Below are positions 54,765 through 64,000 of a stretch of 64,000 bases of DNA, piece after piece (positions within the stretch are counted from its first letter, which is position 1; every line of letters starts with the position of its first letter). The translations under genes were made by a program, and so were the position numbers. The stretch covers positions 124,001 through 188,000 of IMG/VR virus record IMGVR_UViG_3300032323_001214; one strand, given 5' to 3'. The notes beneath the pieces are model-generated. The model worked only from the letters and a program-made list of their open reading frames with translations, ran no database searches and was not told the origin of the DNA.

Positions 54765-55487
54765 ATGAAACTAAACGATTTTGATAATAAGCCAGTAGCA
54801 ACTGCTACTAAAGCACTTAAGCAACATTTTGAATTACCTTTCCAGGTAGAAAAAATGTCTATGCCTGCAACCCAAACTATGCTACGTAAAGTACGTGGTT
54901 TGATGAGCGAAACAAAACAACAACCAAAGTTTTATCAAAGCCAAAATAATGCAAGTTATATGAAATTGGTTTTTATGGAGCAAGCGTTGTCTCAACACTA
55001 CAGTGAACTAAGATCACATCCACAAACACGTATTGTTGTTGAAAACGAAGAAGTAGAAAAATCACAGACTATTCTTGCCGCACAAGATATGGTTGACTCC
55101 ATTCAGAAGATGGTTGAGCAAGTTAGTGATATGATTGTTAAAGAATTACCAGCATTGGTTGATTCAGTTCAATCTGAGATTGGTGTTAACGAGAGTTCAT
55201 CATTCCAACAACAAGCTTCAGAAGCATTGACTTCATTGCAAGCTGCATTGACCCAAAGCCAAACTACAATGAAGTCTGCCGTTAACGGTATCACTGGTCA
55301 AGGTGGTGCTGAAGCGTTTGACGATGCTTCAGGTATGGGTGGTGAATTAGCTGCTCCTATGCCAGGCGAAGAAGAAATTGGTATGGATGCATCCTTTGAT
55401 GACGATAACAGTGACATAGAAGTTTCTGCTGATATCGAAGAACCTGAAATCAGTGCTGTTGGTCCAGTAGGTCGTGCAAAAAGATAA
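54765..55487 (+). CDS. Putative prohead core/scaffold-like protein
   Basis: Late promoter; MKLNDF start; helical body with an acidic tail. Confidence 0.5.
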   Translation: MKLNDFDNKPVATATKALKQHFELPFQVEKMSMPATQTMLRKVRGLMSETKQQPKFYQSQNNASYMKLVFMEQALSQHYSELRSHPQTRIVVENEEVEKSQTILAAQDMVDSIQKMVEQVSDMIVKELPALVDSVQSEIGVNESSSFQQQASEALTSLQAALTQSQTTMKSAVNGITGQGGAEAFDDASGMGGELAAPMPGEEEIGMDASFDDDNSDIEVSADIEEPEISAVGPVGRAKR

Positions 55488-55492
55488 TAACT

Positions 55493-55810
55493 ATGTTATT
55501 GCATGAACTTAGTCCTAGTCCATTGCTGGTTAAATTAGTAGCTGTTGTCAGTCAACTGAAAAGTCAAATTGACAATGGTGAAGAAAAAAGCGAATGGACT
55601 GTTGACGAATTTCTAGACTATTTGAAAAACAATGATATCATACTAGACAAGTCAGACTTGTATAACATGATACAGAAACCCCCGCTTAATTCAAAAATAT
55701 CTAACATACAAGCAAACAACGTTATATTCAAAGGATATGATACTGAGGCTGCACCAGAAGATGATAGTAAAAAAATCGTCAAACAAATGGCTAAAAATGC
55801 TATAAAATAA
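55493..55810 (+). CDS. Hypothetical protein
   Basis: Starts MLLHEL; 105 aa. Confidence 0.7.
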   Translation: MLLHELSPSPLLVKLVAVVSQLKSQIDNGEEKSEWTVDEFLDYLKNNDIILDKSDLYNMIQKPPLNSKISNIQANNVIFKGYDTEAAPEDDSKKIVKQMAKNAIK

Positions 55811-55812
55811 AC

Positions 55813-56133
55813 ATGATTAGTCTAACTGAAAAAGCATCAAACAGAGTTAAACAAACACTTACTAAGCGAGGCAAAGGCCTGGGAATTCGGATTGGCGTAA
55901 AGACAACGGGTTGCTCAGGCTTAGCCTATGTACTTGAGTATGTTGACAATCCACAAGAGCATGATATCAAAGTAGATTGTAACGGTTGTACTTTATTCAT
56001 TGATCCTAAAAGTTGTGCTTATATTCAAGGCTTAGAAATTGATTTTGTACGCAATGGCCTAAATGAAGGTTTTGAATTCAATAACCCTAACGAACGTGAC
56101 CGTTGTGGTTGTGGTGAATCTTTCCGTATTTGA
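55813..56133 (+). CDS. iscA: Iron-sulfur cluster assembly A-type carrier
   Basis: GVKTTGCSGLAY, GLEIDFVRNGLNEGFEFNNPN, CGCGESF. Confidence 0.96.
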   Translation: MISLTEKASNRVKQTLTKRGKGLGIRIGVKTTGCSGLAYVLEYVDNPQEHDIKVDCNGCTLFIDPKSCAYIQGLEIDFVRNGLNEGFEFNNPNERDRCGCGESFRI

Positions 56134-56162
56134 TTGCTTTAGCATTATAGAGGTGCTATAAT
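56134..56162 (+). promoter_or_regulatory. sigma70 promoter, leaderless start
   Basis: TTGCTT-N17-TATAAT with extended TG; ATG 7 nt later. Confidence 0.7.
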
Positions 56163-56168
56163 ATCTCT

Positions 56169-56855
56169 ATGTACATACCAAATAAATATAATTATATCCC
56201 TATGAGTAGGGTTGAAATAGACGGCAAACGCCGATATGCTACCCCAGATGGTGAAAAGCTACCTAGCGTTACTACTATCTTAGACGCAACAAAACCCGAA
56301 GAAGCTAAAAAAGCATTACAAGAATGGCGTAATAGAGTCGGTCATAAACAAGCACAGCAAATCACTACAGAAGCAGCAGGTCGTGGCACACGAATGCACA
56401 AGTGGCTAGAAGATTTTGTAAAGACTGGACAAATAGGTACTCCGGGGTCCAATCCATATAGCATTCAAAGCCATAAAATGGCACAGTCTATCATTTACCA
56501 AGGTCTTAGTAAATGTAATGAATATTGGGGTACAGAAGTTCCACTTTACTTTCCCAAAGTATATGCAGGAACAACTGACTTAGTTGGCGTTCATGATGGT
56601 TCTCCTGCTATCATGGATCACAAACAAGCTAACAAACTAAAAAAGAAAGAATGGATTAGTGATTATTTTATTCAGTTAGCCGCGTATGCAAATGCACATA
56701 ACGAAGTGCATGGTACGGACATTCGTAAGGGTGTGATTTTTATGTGTACCGCTGACAATATCTATCAGGAATTCATCATTGAAGGAACTGAATTCGATTA
56801 TTGGACTAATGAGTGGTTTAAGCGAGTAGAACAATATTACATGCAATTCTTGTAA
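56169..56855 (+). CDS. PD-(D/E)xK exonuclease
   Basis: LPSVTTIL, GTRMH, EVPLY, AGTTDL, IMDHK, QLAAY. Confidence 0.9.
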   Translation: MYIPNKYNYIPMSRVEIDGKRRYATPDGEKLPSVTTILDATKPEEAKKALQEWRNRVGHKQAQQITTEAAGRGTRMHKWLEDFVKTGQIGTPGSNPYSIQSHKMAQSIIYQGLSKCNEYWGTEVPLYFPKVYAGTTDLVGVHDGSPAIMDHKQANKLKKKEWISDYFIQLAAYANAHNEVHGTDIRKGVIFMCTADNIYQEFIIEGTEFDYWTNEWFKRVEQYYMQFL

Positions 56856-56896
56856 CCAATTATGATAAATAAGTGTAATATTGAGAACTTACACTT

Positions 56897-59539
56897 ATGG
56901 CCATTGTACAAATATCAAAGATTCAACAAAGATCCGGAAATCTAGTTGACCTACCTCAGCTGGATGATGCAGAATTCGGATGGGCTAATGATGAAAAACG
57001 ACTATTCATCGGTAAAACATCCCCCAACGAAAACATCGAAGTATTAACTTCATATTCTAACATCAGTTTCAGTCAAATTGACGGCGCTAGTAACGCAAAC
57101 TTAAATCTATCTAATACTGCTAATGGGCAAATTTTAGGTATTGAAACTATCGGGTCTAATGTTTATGTTGTGAATAAGGGTGGTAATCCCAACGTTTCTA
57201 ATAGTCCCGGTGGATTAGTTAACTTAGGTAATGTCAGTAACATAAAAATGTACGGCGGGGCTATTGGTTACGTATTAGAAACTGATGGTACTGGTAATCT
57301 ATCTTGGACAACTAAAGGTACAATATTAGCTAATATTATTGCATTGTCTAATGCTACTCCTATCATAATGCGAGTTGCAAACACTACTCCGTATGTTAAC
57401 TCTACTGAAATTACTATTACTGGCGTTAACGGTACTGCTAATTCAAACGTCAATAGTGTGAATTTTTTCGTGAAACTTGCAACGGATTATCCAACATCCG
57501 GCAATGTAGAATTATACACTGACTCGGGTTTATCAACACCTGCTATTGGTACAAGTCTTACATATACTAACTCACCCAATGCTATAGCAACAACATCTTT
57601 GGCAGGTGGTGGATCAGGTAATGTTGGTGGATCAAATACTACTATACAATTCAATAATAATAATATTTTAGACGGTGATGCTGATTTTACTTGGGACTAC
57701 ACTACCAATTTATTAGATGTAAACGGCACTGCTAACATCATTGATGTTAACGCAAATGGAAATGTTAGAGCTAATCTATTATTTTCAAACGTAGCGACTG
57801 GTACTGCGCCAATCACAGTAACATCTACTACCAGAGTTGCAAATCTCAACGTAAGCCATGCTAACGTAAGTGATTTTGAAGCAGTTACTACACAATCTAC
57901 GGGAACGTTTTATCCTGTATTTGTTAATGCAAATACAACAGCCAACTATGCATTAGGATCGAACGCTTCATTCAGATTCAATGCAGCAACAGGTAACCTG
58001 ATAGCAACATTGTTGACTGGCACAATAACAACGGCTGCTCAACCCAATATTACTAGTGTTGGTTCATTGACTTCATTAACTGTAACTGGTAATGCAAACG
58101 TAGGTAACTTGGGTACTGCAGGATTAATTACAGCAACAGGTAACATTACCGGAGGCAATCTAATAAGTTCTGGTATTTTAAGAATCACCGGCAACAGTAA
58201 TGTAGGGAATATAAACGTAACAGGTAACATAATACCAACTGCAAATATAACATATGATCTAGGAAATAATACAAACAGATTTAAAGATATATATTTGGCA
58301 AATAGCACAATTTATATTGGTAATCAAACTATAAGTAGTAATTCTACATCAGTTACAGTATCAGGCACATTGGTTGCAAATATTTCAGGTAATGTTTCTA
58401 CTGGCTTGATTACATTAACTAACGGTGCAATAATTAAAGATACAACAGGAAACGCAATATCGTTTGGTGAAAATGCAGGTACAACAACACAAGGGCAATC
58501 TGCTGTTGCTATTGGTATTAATGCCGGAACAAGTACTCAAGGTTTATCCGCAATCGCAGTAGGTAATGGGGCTGGTAGCACTACACAAGGATCAAATGCT
58601 ATAAGTATAGGCACAGATGCAGGTGCCCTTAATCAAGGAGTATCTGGCATTGGTTTAGGTGCGCAGGCAGCATTCACTGACCAACTATCTGATGCAATCG
58701 CTATTGGTAGAAACGCAGGTTATTTAAATCAAGGAACTGCTGCAATTGCGATTGGTGTTAACGCCGGGCAAACACTACAAGCAAATAATTCAATTATTTT
58801 AAATGCAACTGGTTCAGGTTTAAATCAAACAGTAGCGAACACATTCACCGTTGCACCAATAAGAAATGATGTTTCAAATGTAGGGCAAATATTATTTTAT
58901 AATACTACGAGCAAAGAAATTACATACGGAAATACTTTAAGTATTTCAGGAAACGCTACCGTTTCAGGTATCAAAACTAACAACTACTACTATGCGAATG
59001 GTGACTCCGTTAGTTTTGCTGGTACATATAGTAATAGTAATGTAGCTAACTATCTACCCACATTCACCGGTACAGTGGGTGCAACTCAATTAACAACTGG
59101 CGCAAATACCACAGCCGGAACAATCACAGGAAATTGGACTTTAACTTCTGGCTCACGTTTACAAGCGACTTATGCTGACTTGGCAGAATACTATGAAGCA
59201 GATTCTAACTATGAGCCCGGGACTGTATTATCGTTTGGTGGCGAAAAAGAAGTCACTATTGCTGAAGATGGTACTACTAGAGTTGCAGGAGTAGTATCAA
59301 CTAATCCTGCATATGCAATGAATGCAAACTGTAAAGGTATAGCAGTAGCTATCGCTCTACAAGGTCGTGTGCCTACTAAAGTACGAGGTACAGTTCGTAA
59401 AGGTGACATGATGGTTAGTGCAGGTAATGGATTTGCAAGACCATGGAATAACCCATTAATGGGAACAGTTATCGGCAAAGCATTAGAAAACTTTGATGGT
59501 GTTGAGGGCATTATTGAAGTTGCCGTCGGAAGATTATAA
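56897..59539 (+). CDS. Tail fibre: Mtd-N-like start, YadA-head-like repeats, C-terminal chaperone/autocleavage-like domain
   Basis: IQQRSG...LPQLDDAEFGWANDEKRLFIG; A(I/V)A(I/V)G repeats every 14-15 aa; ADLAEYY...GVVSTNP...GRVP.KV...IGKALE. Confidence 0.85.
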   Translation: MAIVQISKIQQRSGNLVDLPQLDDAEFGWANDEKRLFIGKTSPNENIEVLTSYSNISFSQIDGASNANLNLSNTANGQILGIETIGSNVYVVNKGGNPNVSNSPGGLVNLGNVSNIKMYGGAIGYVLETDGTGNLSWTTKGTILANIIALSNATPIIMRVANTTPYVNSTEITITGVNGTANSNVNSVNFFVKLATDYPTSGNVELYTDSGLSTPAIGTSLTYTNSPNAIATTSLAGGGSGNVGGSNTTIQFNNNNILDGDADFTWDYTTNLLDVNGTANIIDVNANGNVRANLLFSNVATGTAPITVTSTTRVANLNVSHANVSDFEAVTTQSTGTFYPVFVNANTTANYALGSNASFRFNAATGNLIATLLTGTITTAAQPNITSVGSLTSLTVTGNANVGNLGTAGLITATGNITGGNLISSGILRITGNSNVGNINVTGNIIPTANITYDLGNNTNRFKDIYLANSTIYIGNQTISSNSTSVTVSGTLVANISGNVSTGLITLTNGAIIKDTTGNAISFGENAGTTTQGQSAVAIGINAGTSTQGLSAIAVGNGAGSTTQGSNAISIGTDAGALNQGVSGIGLGAQAAFTDQLSDAIAIGRNAGYLNQGTAAIAIGVNAGQTLQANNSIILNATGSGLNQTVANTFTVAPIRNDVSNVGQILFYNTTSKEITYGNTLSISGNATVSGIKTNNYYYANGDSVSFAGTYSNSNVANYLPTFTGTVGATQLTTGANTTAGTITGNWTLTSGSRLQATYADLAEYYEADSNYEPGTVLSFGGEKEVTIAEDGTTRVAGVVSTNPAYAMNANCKGIAVAIALQGRVPTKVRGTVRKGDMMVSAGNGFARPWNNPLMGTVIGKALENFDGVEGIIEVAVGRL

Positions 59540-59552
59540 TCAGGAAAACAAA

Positions 59553-59840
59553 ATGTCATCAGCAATTTACACAGCAAACGGCACAAGCCAATTAACAGCA
59601 ATAGCAACTACTGATAAAGTACGTATTGCCACAACAACATCAGCAATCGCTGTAGCGGTAGGTAACTCTAGCATTACTGCTAATCTAACAACAGGTGAGA
59701 TTATTCCTGCAAACACAGTAGACAATAACTTTCTAGTTGGTCAAGGTAATTATATAGCATATATCAACGTTGCGGGTACAGCAGGCGCATTCAGTATTAG
59801 TACGTTGGGCATGAACCACGCTAATACAGGTACAGAATAA
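59553..59840 (+). CDS. Small virion protein
   Basis: AGGA Shine-Dalgarno before ATG 59553; A/T/N-rich beta composition. Confidence 0.65.
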   Translation: MSSAIYTANGTSQLTAIATTDKVRIATTTSAIAVAVGNSSITANLTTGEIIPANTVDNNFLVGQGNYIAYINVAGTAGAFSISTLGMNHANTGTE

Positions 59841-59852
59841 TACCCATTTAAG

Positions 59853-59943
59853 ATAAATACATAATACACTCTTAATTCTGAGAGTTTATGCAGTACCCAC
59901 TGCGTAGCGGCTAGAACCCGCAATCTATATTAAGGAAAATCAA
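59853..59943 (+). promoter_or_regulatory. Late promoter plus three-hairpin 5' leader
   Basis: ATAAATA then ACTCT/AGAGT, TATGCAGT/ACTGCGTA and GCGG/CCGC stems ahead of an AAGGA Shine-Dalgarno. Confidence 0.55.
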
Positions 59944-61326
59944 ATGGGACGTCCTCTAAAAATCGCAAAGGCTCAAGCAGTCTTAACAATCACCGGCACT
60001 AATGCTACAACTGAAGAAGTAACTGTTTCACAAAATCTAACAACTTTGGGTGTCATCAAAGGTATGCCATTCGTCACAGCAAGTTCAACTGGTGGCCTAA
60101 TTGCTAACACAACTTACTGGATTTTAAATGTAACAGGTAATAGCACATTTACAGTATCGGCAACAGACTTAAGTGCAAACCCAACATACACTCCAGTTAA
60201 CTTATCCGGAACATCTGGTACATCAGTATCAGCCTCAGTCGGTGTTGTTGATGCTTATTTCAACAATCCAGTAGGTGGTGCAGGTTTCCCAGCAACTAAT
60301 GCTAATACTTATGGTGTAGTTGGTGGTAACACCGCAATCATTGGTAAACAAGTTCTATGTAACGTAGCATTTGGTCAAAATGGTACAGGTACAATTATTG
60401 CAGATACAGCAAGTGACATAGTAGTCGGTGTAGGTACTGACTTTGCAAACGTAGCGGCAGGTACAATTCTGTTTGCTGTATATGACGCCGGTGCTGGCCC
60501 AGCTACATTAGTTGGTACTACATCAGCAACCGGGGGTAATATAACTGTTGCTGTTGCTAACACGCAAAATACAGGTAACATCATTGGTACATCCGGTAAT
60601 GCTCAAACATTAGTAGAAGGTGGTCCAGTTACATTTAGTGCTAACTTAGGTGGCTTAGTGACAGGTACTCAATACTGGGTATTGAACGTTGCTAACGCAA
60701 GTGCATTCACTGTTTCTACTAGACCAGGTGGTGCTGAAGTTGATTTATCAAATGCAACAGGTACTCCAACTGCATCACAACAACAAGTTGTATTGACTGG
60801 TAATGCAGCAAATCCAGCAGTTGGTGTTACTAGTCAAGGTGACCCATTCGTTCAAGCATTACCAGAAGCAGGTTATATCGTTCGTCAGAAGGGTAAGACA
60901 AAGTACTTGGTAACAGGTGCAACTACAGGTATTACTGGTGCAGTATATACAGCTAACGTTGCTAACACTGCATTGACACCAAACACAATGTCTATCATTG
61001 GAACTAATGCGGCTTCAGGTACACAATATATTTCAAGTATCAATGATTACAACAGTGAAGTGTTCCCAGCAACAGTTGCTTCAGGTTCATTAAGTGCTGG
61101 TACTGTTTATACAATTTACAGTGCAGGTACTACAAACTGGACTTCAGTTGGTGCTATGGCTAACATGACAGGCATTACATTCACTGCAACTGGTACTGCT
61201 TCAGGTACAGGTCTTGCTGTATTGGCTAACGTCAATCCTGACATTATTGCTACATTCAACACAGCCGCTGTTGCGAATGCAGCTAATGGTCAGCCGAACC
61301 CAATCGTTACAATTAATGGCGTATAA
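59944..61326 (+). CDS. Virion structural protein with repeated GGL..T.YW(I/V)LNV...FTVS modules
   Basis: Two copies of the module; G/T/A/N-rich; late promoter. Confidence 0.7.
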   Translation: MGRPLKIAKAQAVLTITGTNATTEEVTVSQNLTTLGVIKGMPFVTASSTGGLIANTTYWILNVTGNSTFTVSATDLSANPTYTPVNLSGTSGTSVSASVGVVDAYFNNPVGGAGFPATNANTYGVVGGNTAIIGKQVLCNVAFGQNGTGTIIADTASDIVVGVGTDFANVAAGTILFAVYDAGAGPATLVGTTSATGGNITVAVANTQNTGNIIGTSGNAQTLVEGGPVTFSANLGGLVTGTQYWVLNVANASAFTVSTRPGGAEVDLSNATGTPTASQQQVVLTGNAANPAVGVTSQGDPFVQALPEAGYIVRQKGKTKYLVTGATTGITGAVYTANVANTALTPNTMSIIGTNAASGTQYISSINDYNSEVFPATVASGSLSAGTVYTIYSAGTTNWTSVGAMANMTGITFTATGTASGTGLAVLANVNPDIIATFNTAAVANAANGQPNPIVTINGV

Positions 61327-61637
61327 TGTCTAGAACTATTAACATGCCAGCACAGACTACTAAAACCGATATCGCTGTACTTCAAGTTCAAGTTAAAAAT
61401 ATTGAACAAGATGTCAGCGAAATCAAAAGTAGCCTGAAAGAGATGCATGAATGTCTTGACCGTAACGCAACTGAAACTAGAGATATGTTGAAAGAAATGC
61501 GTGAGGAAGATACTAAGGCACACAAAGAACTAGGATCAAAAGTCTCTGCTTTAGAAAAGTGGAGATGGATGATGATGGGCGCAGGTATAGTGATAGGATC
61601 ACTTGGATTTGATACAGTAGCAAACTTACTAAAATAA
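61326..61637 (+). CDS. Coiled-coil protein with a C-terminal membrane anchor (holin- or XhlA-like)
   Basis: Heptad-rich body then KWRWMMMGAGIVIGSLG. Confidence 0.5.
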   Translation: MSRTINMPAQTTKTDIAVLQVQVKNIEQDVSEIKSSLKEMHECLDRNATETRDMLKEMREEDTKAHKELGSKVSALEKWRWMMMGAGIVIGSLGFDTVANLLK

Positions 61638-61663
61638 AAAAAGCGACTTAGGTCGCTTTTTTT
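61636..61663. terminator. Bidirectional terminator between convergent late operons
   Basis: AAAAAAAGCGAC-ttag-GTCGCTTTTTTT. Confidence 0.88.
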
Positions 61664-62064
61664 GTTAATGTGTTTAATTTATCTTGTACTACATCAAAAT
61701 TAACTGTACTGAATAATCCCGGATGTAATGGTTTGGGATATTGATTTCCACCCACCCAAGCATACCCGCAATGTTCTTCATTTAGTGTTGGTGTAAATTC
61801 TTCTGATACTTCACAGAAGAAAGTATGGTATGTAAATGTGTGATTTACAAATTTTTGTATGGGAATCAACTTAGCTTTCTTTGGAAAATATCCAATTTCT
61901 TCTTCACATTCTCTAGCAATTCCCTCAAGTAGTGTTTCATCTGATTCTATTTTACCACCTGGAATTCCCCAATTGCCCGGGTTCTTATTATCAGTTCGTA
62001 GTAAGTAAAGGTAACGTTCTGTTTTTTTCGAATAAAAGAAAACACCACCGGACGTATTGTTCAT
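61648..62064 (-). CDS. Nudix hydrolase
   Basis: WGIPGGKIESDETLLEGIARECEEEIG (Nudix box). Confidence 0.93.
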   Translation of the reverse strand: MNNTSGGVFFYSKKTERYLYLLRTDNKNPGNWGIPGGKIESDETLLEGIARECEEEIGYFPKKAKLIPIQKFVNHTFTYHTFFCEVSEEFTPTLNEEHCGYAWVGGNQYPKPLHPGLFSTVNFDVVQDKLNTLTKKAT

Positions 62065-62088
62065 TTTTAAATTATAACATTTAGTAAA

Positions 62089-63453
62089 TTAAATTACAAT
62101 ACTATAATCACCCTGTCCATACCAACCTTCCCAACTCTTCATCCAAATACCTTCAGTATATCGATACTGCACGTTAGTAGATAAATTAGTCACATATTGT
62201 ATGTCTGATAAATTAAAACTGTCAAATGCCACAGACCACGCACCTGAACTATATTCGATGATATCGTTTGCATTGGCTACCAGATCACCCCATGCAGTAG
62301 TAGTATCACCCGGACTTCCTATACTCTCAACAATCAAATATCTGCGACCGTTAACTGGTCCGGGTAATCCAGCATTGGGACCAGTAACTAACGGGTTTAT
62401 CACACCGTCAACCGGATCTAATGTATTTTGTGGTAGTGTGTCTGGATCGATAGTGTATATCAATAATCTATCATCAACTGGATCTGGTACAATAGTACCT
62501 ACAATCTCAGTATCCATATATGGGTTTTGTAACCATATCTGGCTAATACCGGGTCTTAATGTGCCGTACACGTTCAATAAACTGCTCCAATATAAACTTG
62601 TATTGGGGCTTGGTGGCAAATTCAAATCTTCATTATCAGGGTAAAAATCTTGATTAGCTGGTAATAACTGCAACGTGTTACCTAATAACAATAATTTATA
62701 ACCATATGGTGTAATCTTTTGACGAGTACCTAACAATAAATCATCATCTTGTATATCAGTGAGTGCTGTACCTCTGAATATACTTGCAATAATCTTTTGA
62801 ATGACACCAAACTTTTTAAGTTTAGCTGATGTGCTAATCCATATAGGCATGTAGAATTTCCAAGTTAACACATCGATCGGATTACCTGTGCCTTGTGGAA
62901 TACTGCGACTACTGAAAGTTAATCCATCTTGATATACCACACTCAAACTAGTCCAATCAATGAAGTTATCAGTGGATTGAATTTCTAATGAAGGATTGAA
63001 TAATGTTCCCAATTGTTCAATCAACTCTAATTTCTGATTGTAATTAGTAGTCCAAAAGTCAACAGTAATACGTAATGTATATGGTACTGGCATTAAACGT
63101 TCTACAGTAAATGCTTGTCCTTGTGTTTGTTCATAGCTTTGTGTATCAGCATTGTAAGCCCTCTGTCTAACGTTTATTCTATCAACAAACGTCGGGTCTT
63201 GTGTTCTTTTTTGATCATACTCTAAACCACTTATGTAGAATGTAATCAGAGGAGCACTTGGTAAGTTACTAGCGGTGTTATCAGCAAGGATAGTACTAGC
63301 TTGTCTACTACTATCACCATACATAACAGGTACACGAACATAGATATCGTTACCTGCAGGGTCTTTGCCTTTAGTTACTTGCCAGTTGCTAAAGATTTTT
63401 GCAAATTGAATTAAGAATCTGCGTATTTGATTATCGTAGAAAAATTGTGCCAT
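62089..63453 (-). CDS. gp15: T4 gp15-like tail sheath stabiliser/completion protein with C-terminal extension
   Basis: FFYDNQIRRFLIQFAKIFS, VPVMYG, LEYDQKR, PVPYTL......WT.....K..LIEQL..LFNP. Confidence 0.75.
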   Translation of the reverse strand: MAQFFYDNQIRRFLIQFAKIFSNWQVTKGKDPAGNDIYVRVPVMYGDSSRQASTILADNTASNLPSAPLITFYISGLEYDQKRTQDPTFVDRINVRQRAYNADTQSYEQTQGQAFTVERLMPVPYTLRITVDFWTTNYNQKLELIEQLGTLFNPSLEIQSTDNFIDWTSLSVVYQDGLTFSSRSIPQGTGNPIDVLTWKFYMPIWISTSAKLKKFGVIQKIIASIFRGTALTDIQDDDLLLGTRQKITPYGYKLLLLGNTLQLLPANQDFYPDNEDLNLPPSPNTSLYWSSLLNVYGTLRPGISQIWLQNPYMDTEIVGTIVPDPVDDRLLIYTIDPDTLPQNTLDPVDGVINPLVTGPNAGLPGPVNGRRYLIVESIGSPGDTTTAWGDLVANANDIIEYSSGAWSVAFDSFNLSDIQYVTNLSTNVQYRYTEGIWMKSWEGWYGQGDYSIVI

Positions 63454-63456
63454 GTG

Positions 63457-64000
63457 TTAAGTTACCGGTGGTATTGGGTCTGGTGCTATTGTTAATATTG
63501 AAGACAACGGTTGTGCTTGTGTAGTCGTAGTGCCGTCTGTCAATACAGTAACATTACTGTTATTTATGAAGCTAGAAGTCTGTGACAAATCTCCTGACGT
63601 AAATCCAGTCTGCGTTCTTACATTTTCTGATATACGAACCCACAGTCTTCCGTCCCAGCGATATAATATATTAGGAAGATAATCAATCCGTAAGAAGTAA
63701 TCACCCACTTGAGGATTTTGCGGGAACACTATACCTGCCCCTGTAGGTAATCCGTTAGGAGCAGTACCGTCACCATCTAAATATCCCATTGTATAACCGA
63801 ATGTTCTAGGTGTACTACGTGCGATAAATTGGTATGCCGGATCACAGTCTGCTCTAAAGTCCATTTGAGTAGAAATAGTTCCAGTGAAACCTGGCAATTC
63901 TGGATTTTGGTCTGCTGTAGCATAAGTATTATCCGCAGTACCATATGGACCAGTTATTGCGCCTAGTGAATTGACAACTAGTACTCTGTCTCCCTCAACA
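63457..64000 (-). CDS. 3' part of a neck/head-completion-like (possibly gp14-like) protein continuing beyond the window
   Basis: The frame stays open from 63457 to the window edge (...VEGDRVLVVNSLGAITGPYG...); it lies directly upstream of the gp15-like gene. Confidence 0.5.
   Translation of the reverse strand, partial: VEGDRVLVVNSLGAITGPYGTADNTYATADQNPELPGFTGTISTQMDFRADCDPAYQFIARSTPRTFGYTMGYLDGDGTAPNGLPTGAGIVFPQNPQVGDYFLRIDYLPNILYRWDGRLWVRISENVRTQTGFTSGDLSQTSSFINNSNVTVLTDGTTTTQAQPLSSILTIAPDPIPPVT

Noticed and set aside
56169-56855. Cas4 or anti-CRISPR locus next to iscA
   Set aside because: The nuclease lacks the four-Cys Fe-S arrangement of Cas4, and there is no array nearby.
56897-59539. 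Diversity-generating retroelement target suggested by the Mtd-N-like start
   Set aside because: No reverse transcriptase, no template/variable repeat pair and no C-type lectin end in the window.
6902-62644. Many antisense or alternate-frame ORFs in the track (e.g. 6902..7300, 11871..12245, 19233..19685, 51667..52077, 59209..59607, 62201..62644)
   Set aside because: They shadow well-supported genes and lack their own expression signals or motifs.
1-64000. Stop-codon reassignment
   Set aside because: Conserved genes are full length in the standard code, and TAA, TGA and TAG all end genes at sensible positions.

Overview
The window is a gene-dense, AT-rich segment of a large tailed dsDNA phage distantly related to T4. 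It carries TerL, gp32, UvsX/UvsY/UvsW, gp41-like helicase, gp61-like primase, gp15-like tail completion protein, tail fibre and spanins. It also carries perfect sigma70 early promoters and many T4-late-like ATAAATA promoters. Spanins and proteobacterial-type PstS and IscA point to a Gram-negative, probably proteobacterial, host (inference). Almost everything is on the + strand. Two loci stand out. (1) A circularly permuted two-piece tmRNA gene whose intervening segment is an entire coding sequence for an ADP-ribosyltransferase-fold protein; it is followed by an inverted GIY-YIG endonuclease and what looks like a remnant of a second tmRNA tag tail. (2) A Pho-box-headed module of pstS, a PlcP-like phospholipase C, a small unlisted ORF and a GT2 glycosyltransferase, suggesting phage-driven membrane lipid remodelling under phosphate starvation; a repeated structured RNA element brackets part of it. 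Other notable items are a 194-aa minimal DnaE-like polymerase core, a stand-alone intein-like protein, a repeat-delimited cassette region in a probable head protein, T4 capsid-targeting-like N-termini, a tandem array of small paralogues, widespread leaderless genes and glycan-tailoring enzymes. All family assignments come from motif recognition by eye; no database search was run.
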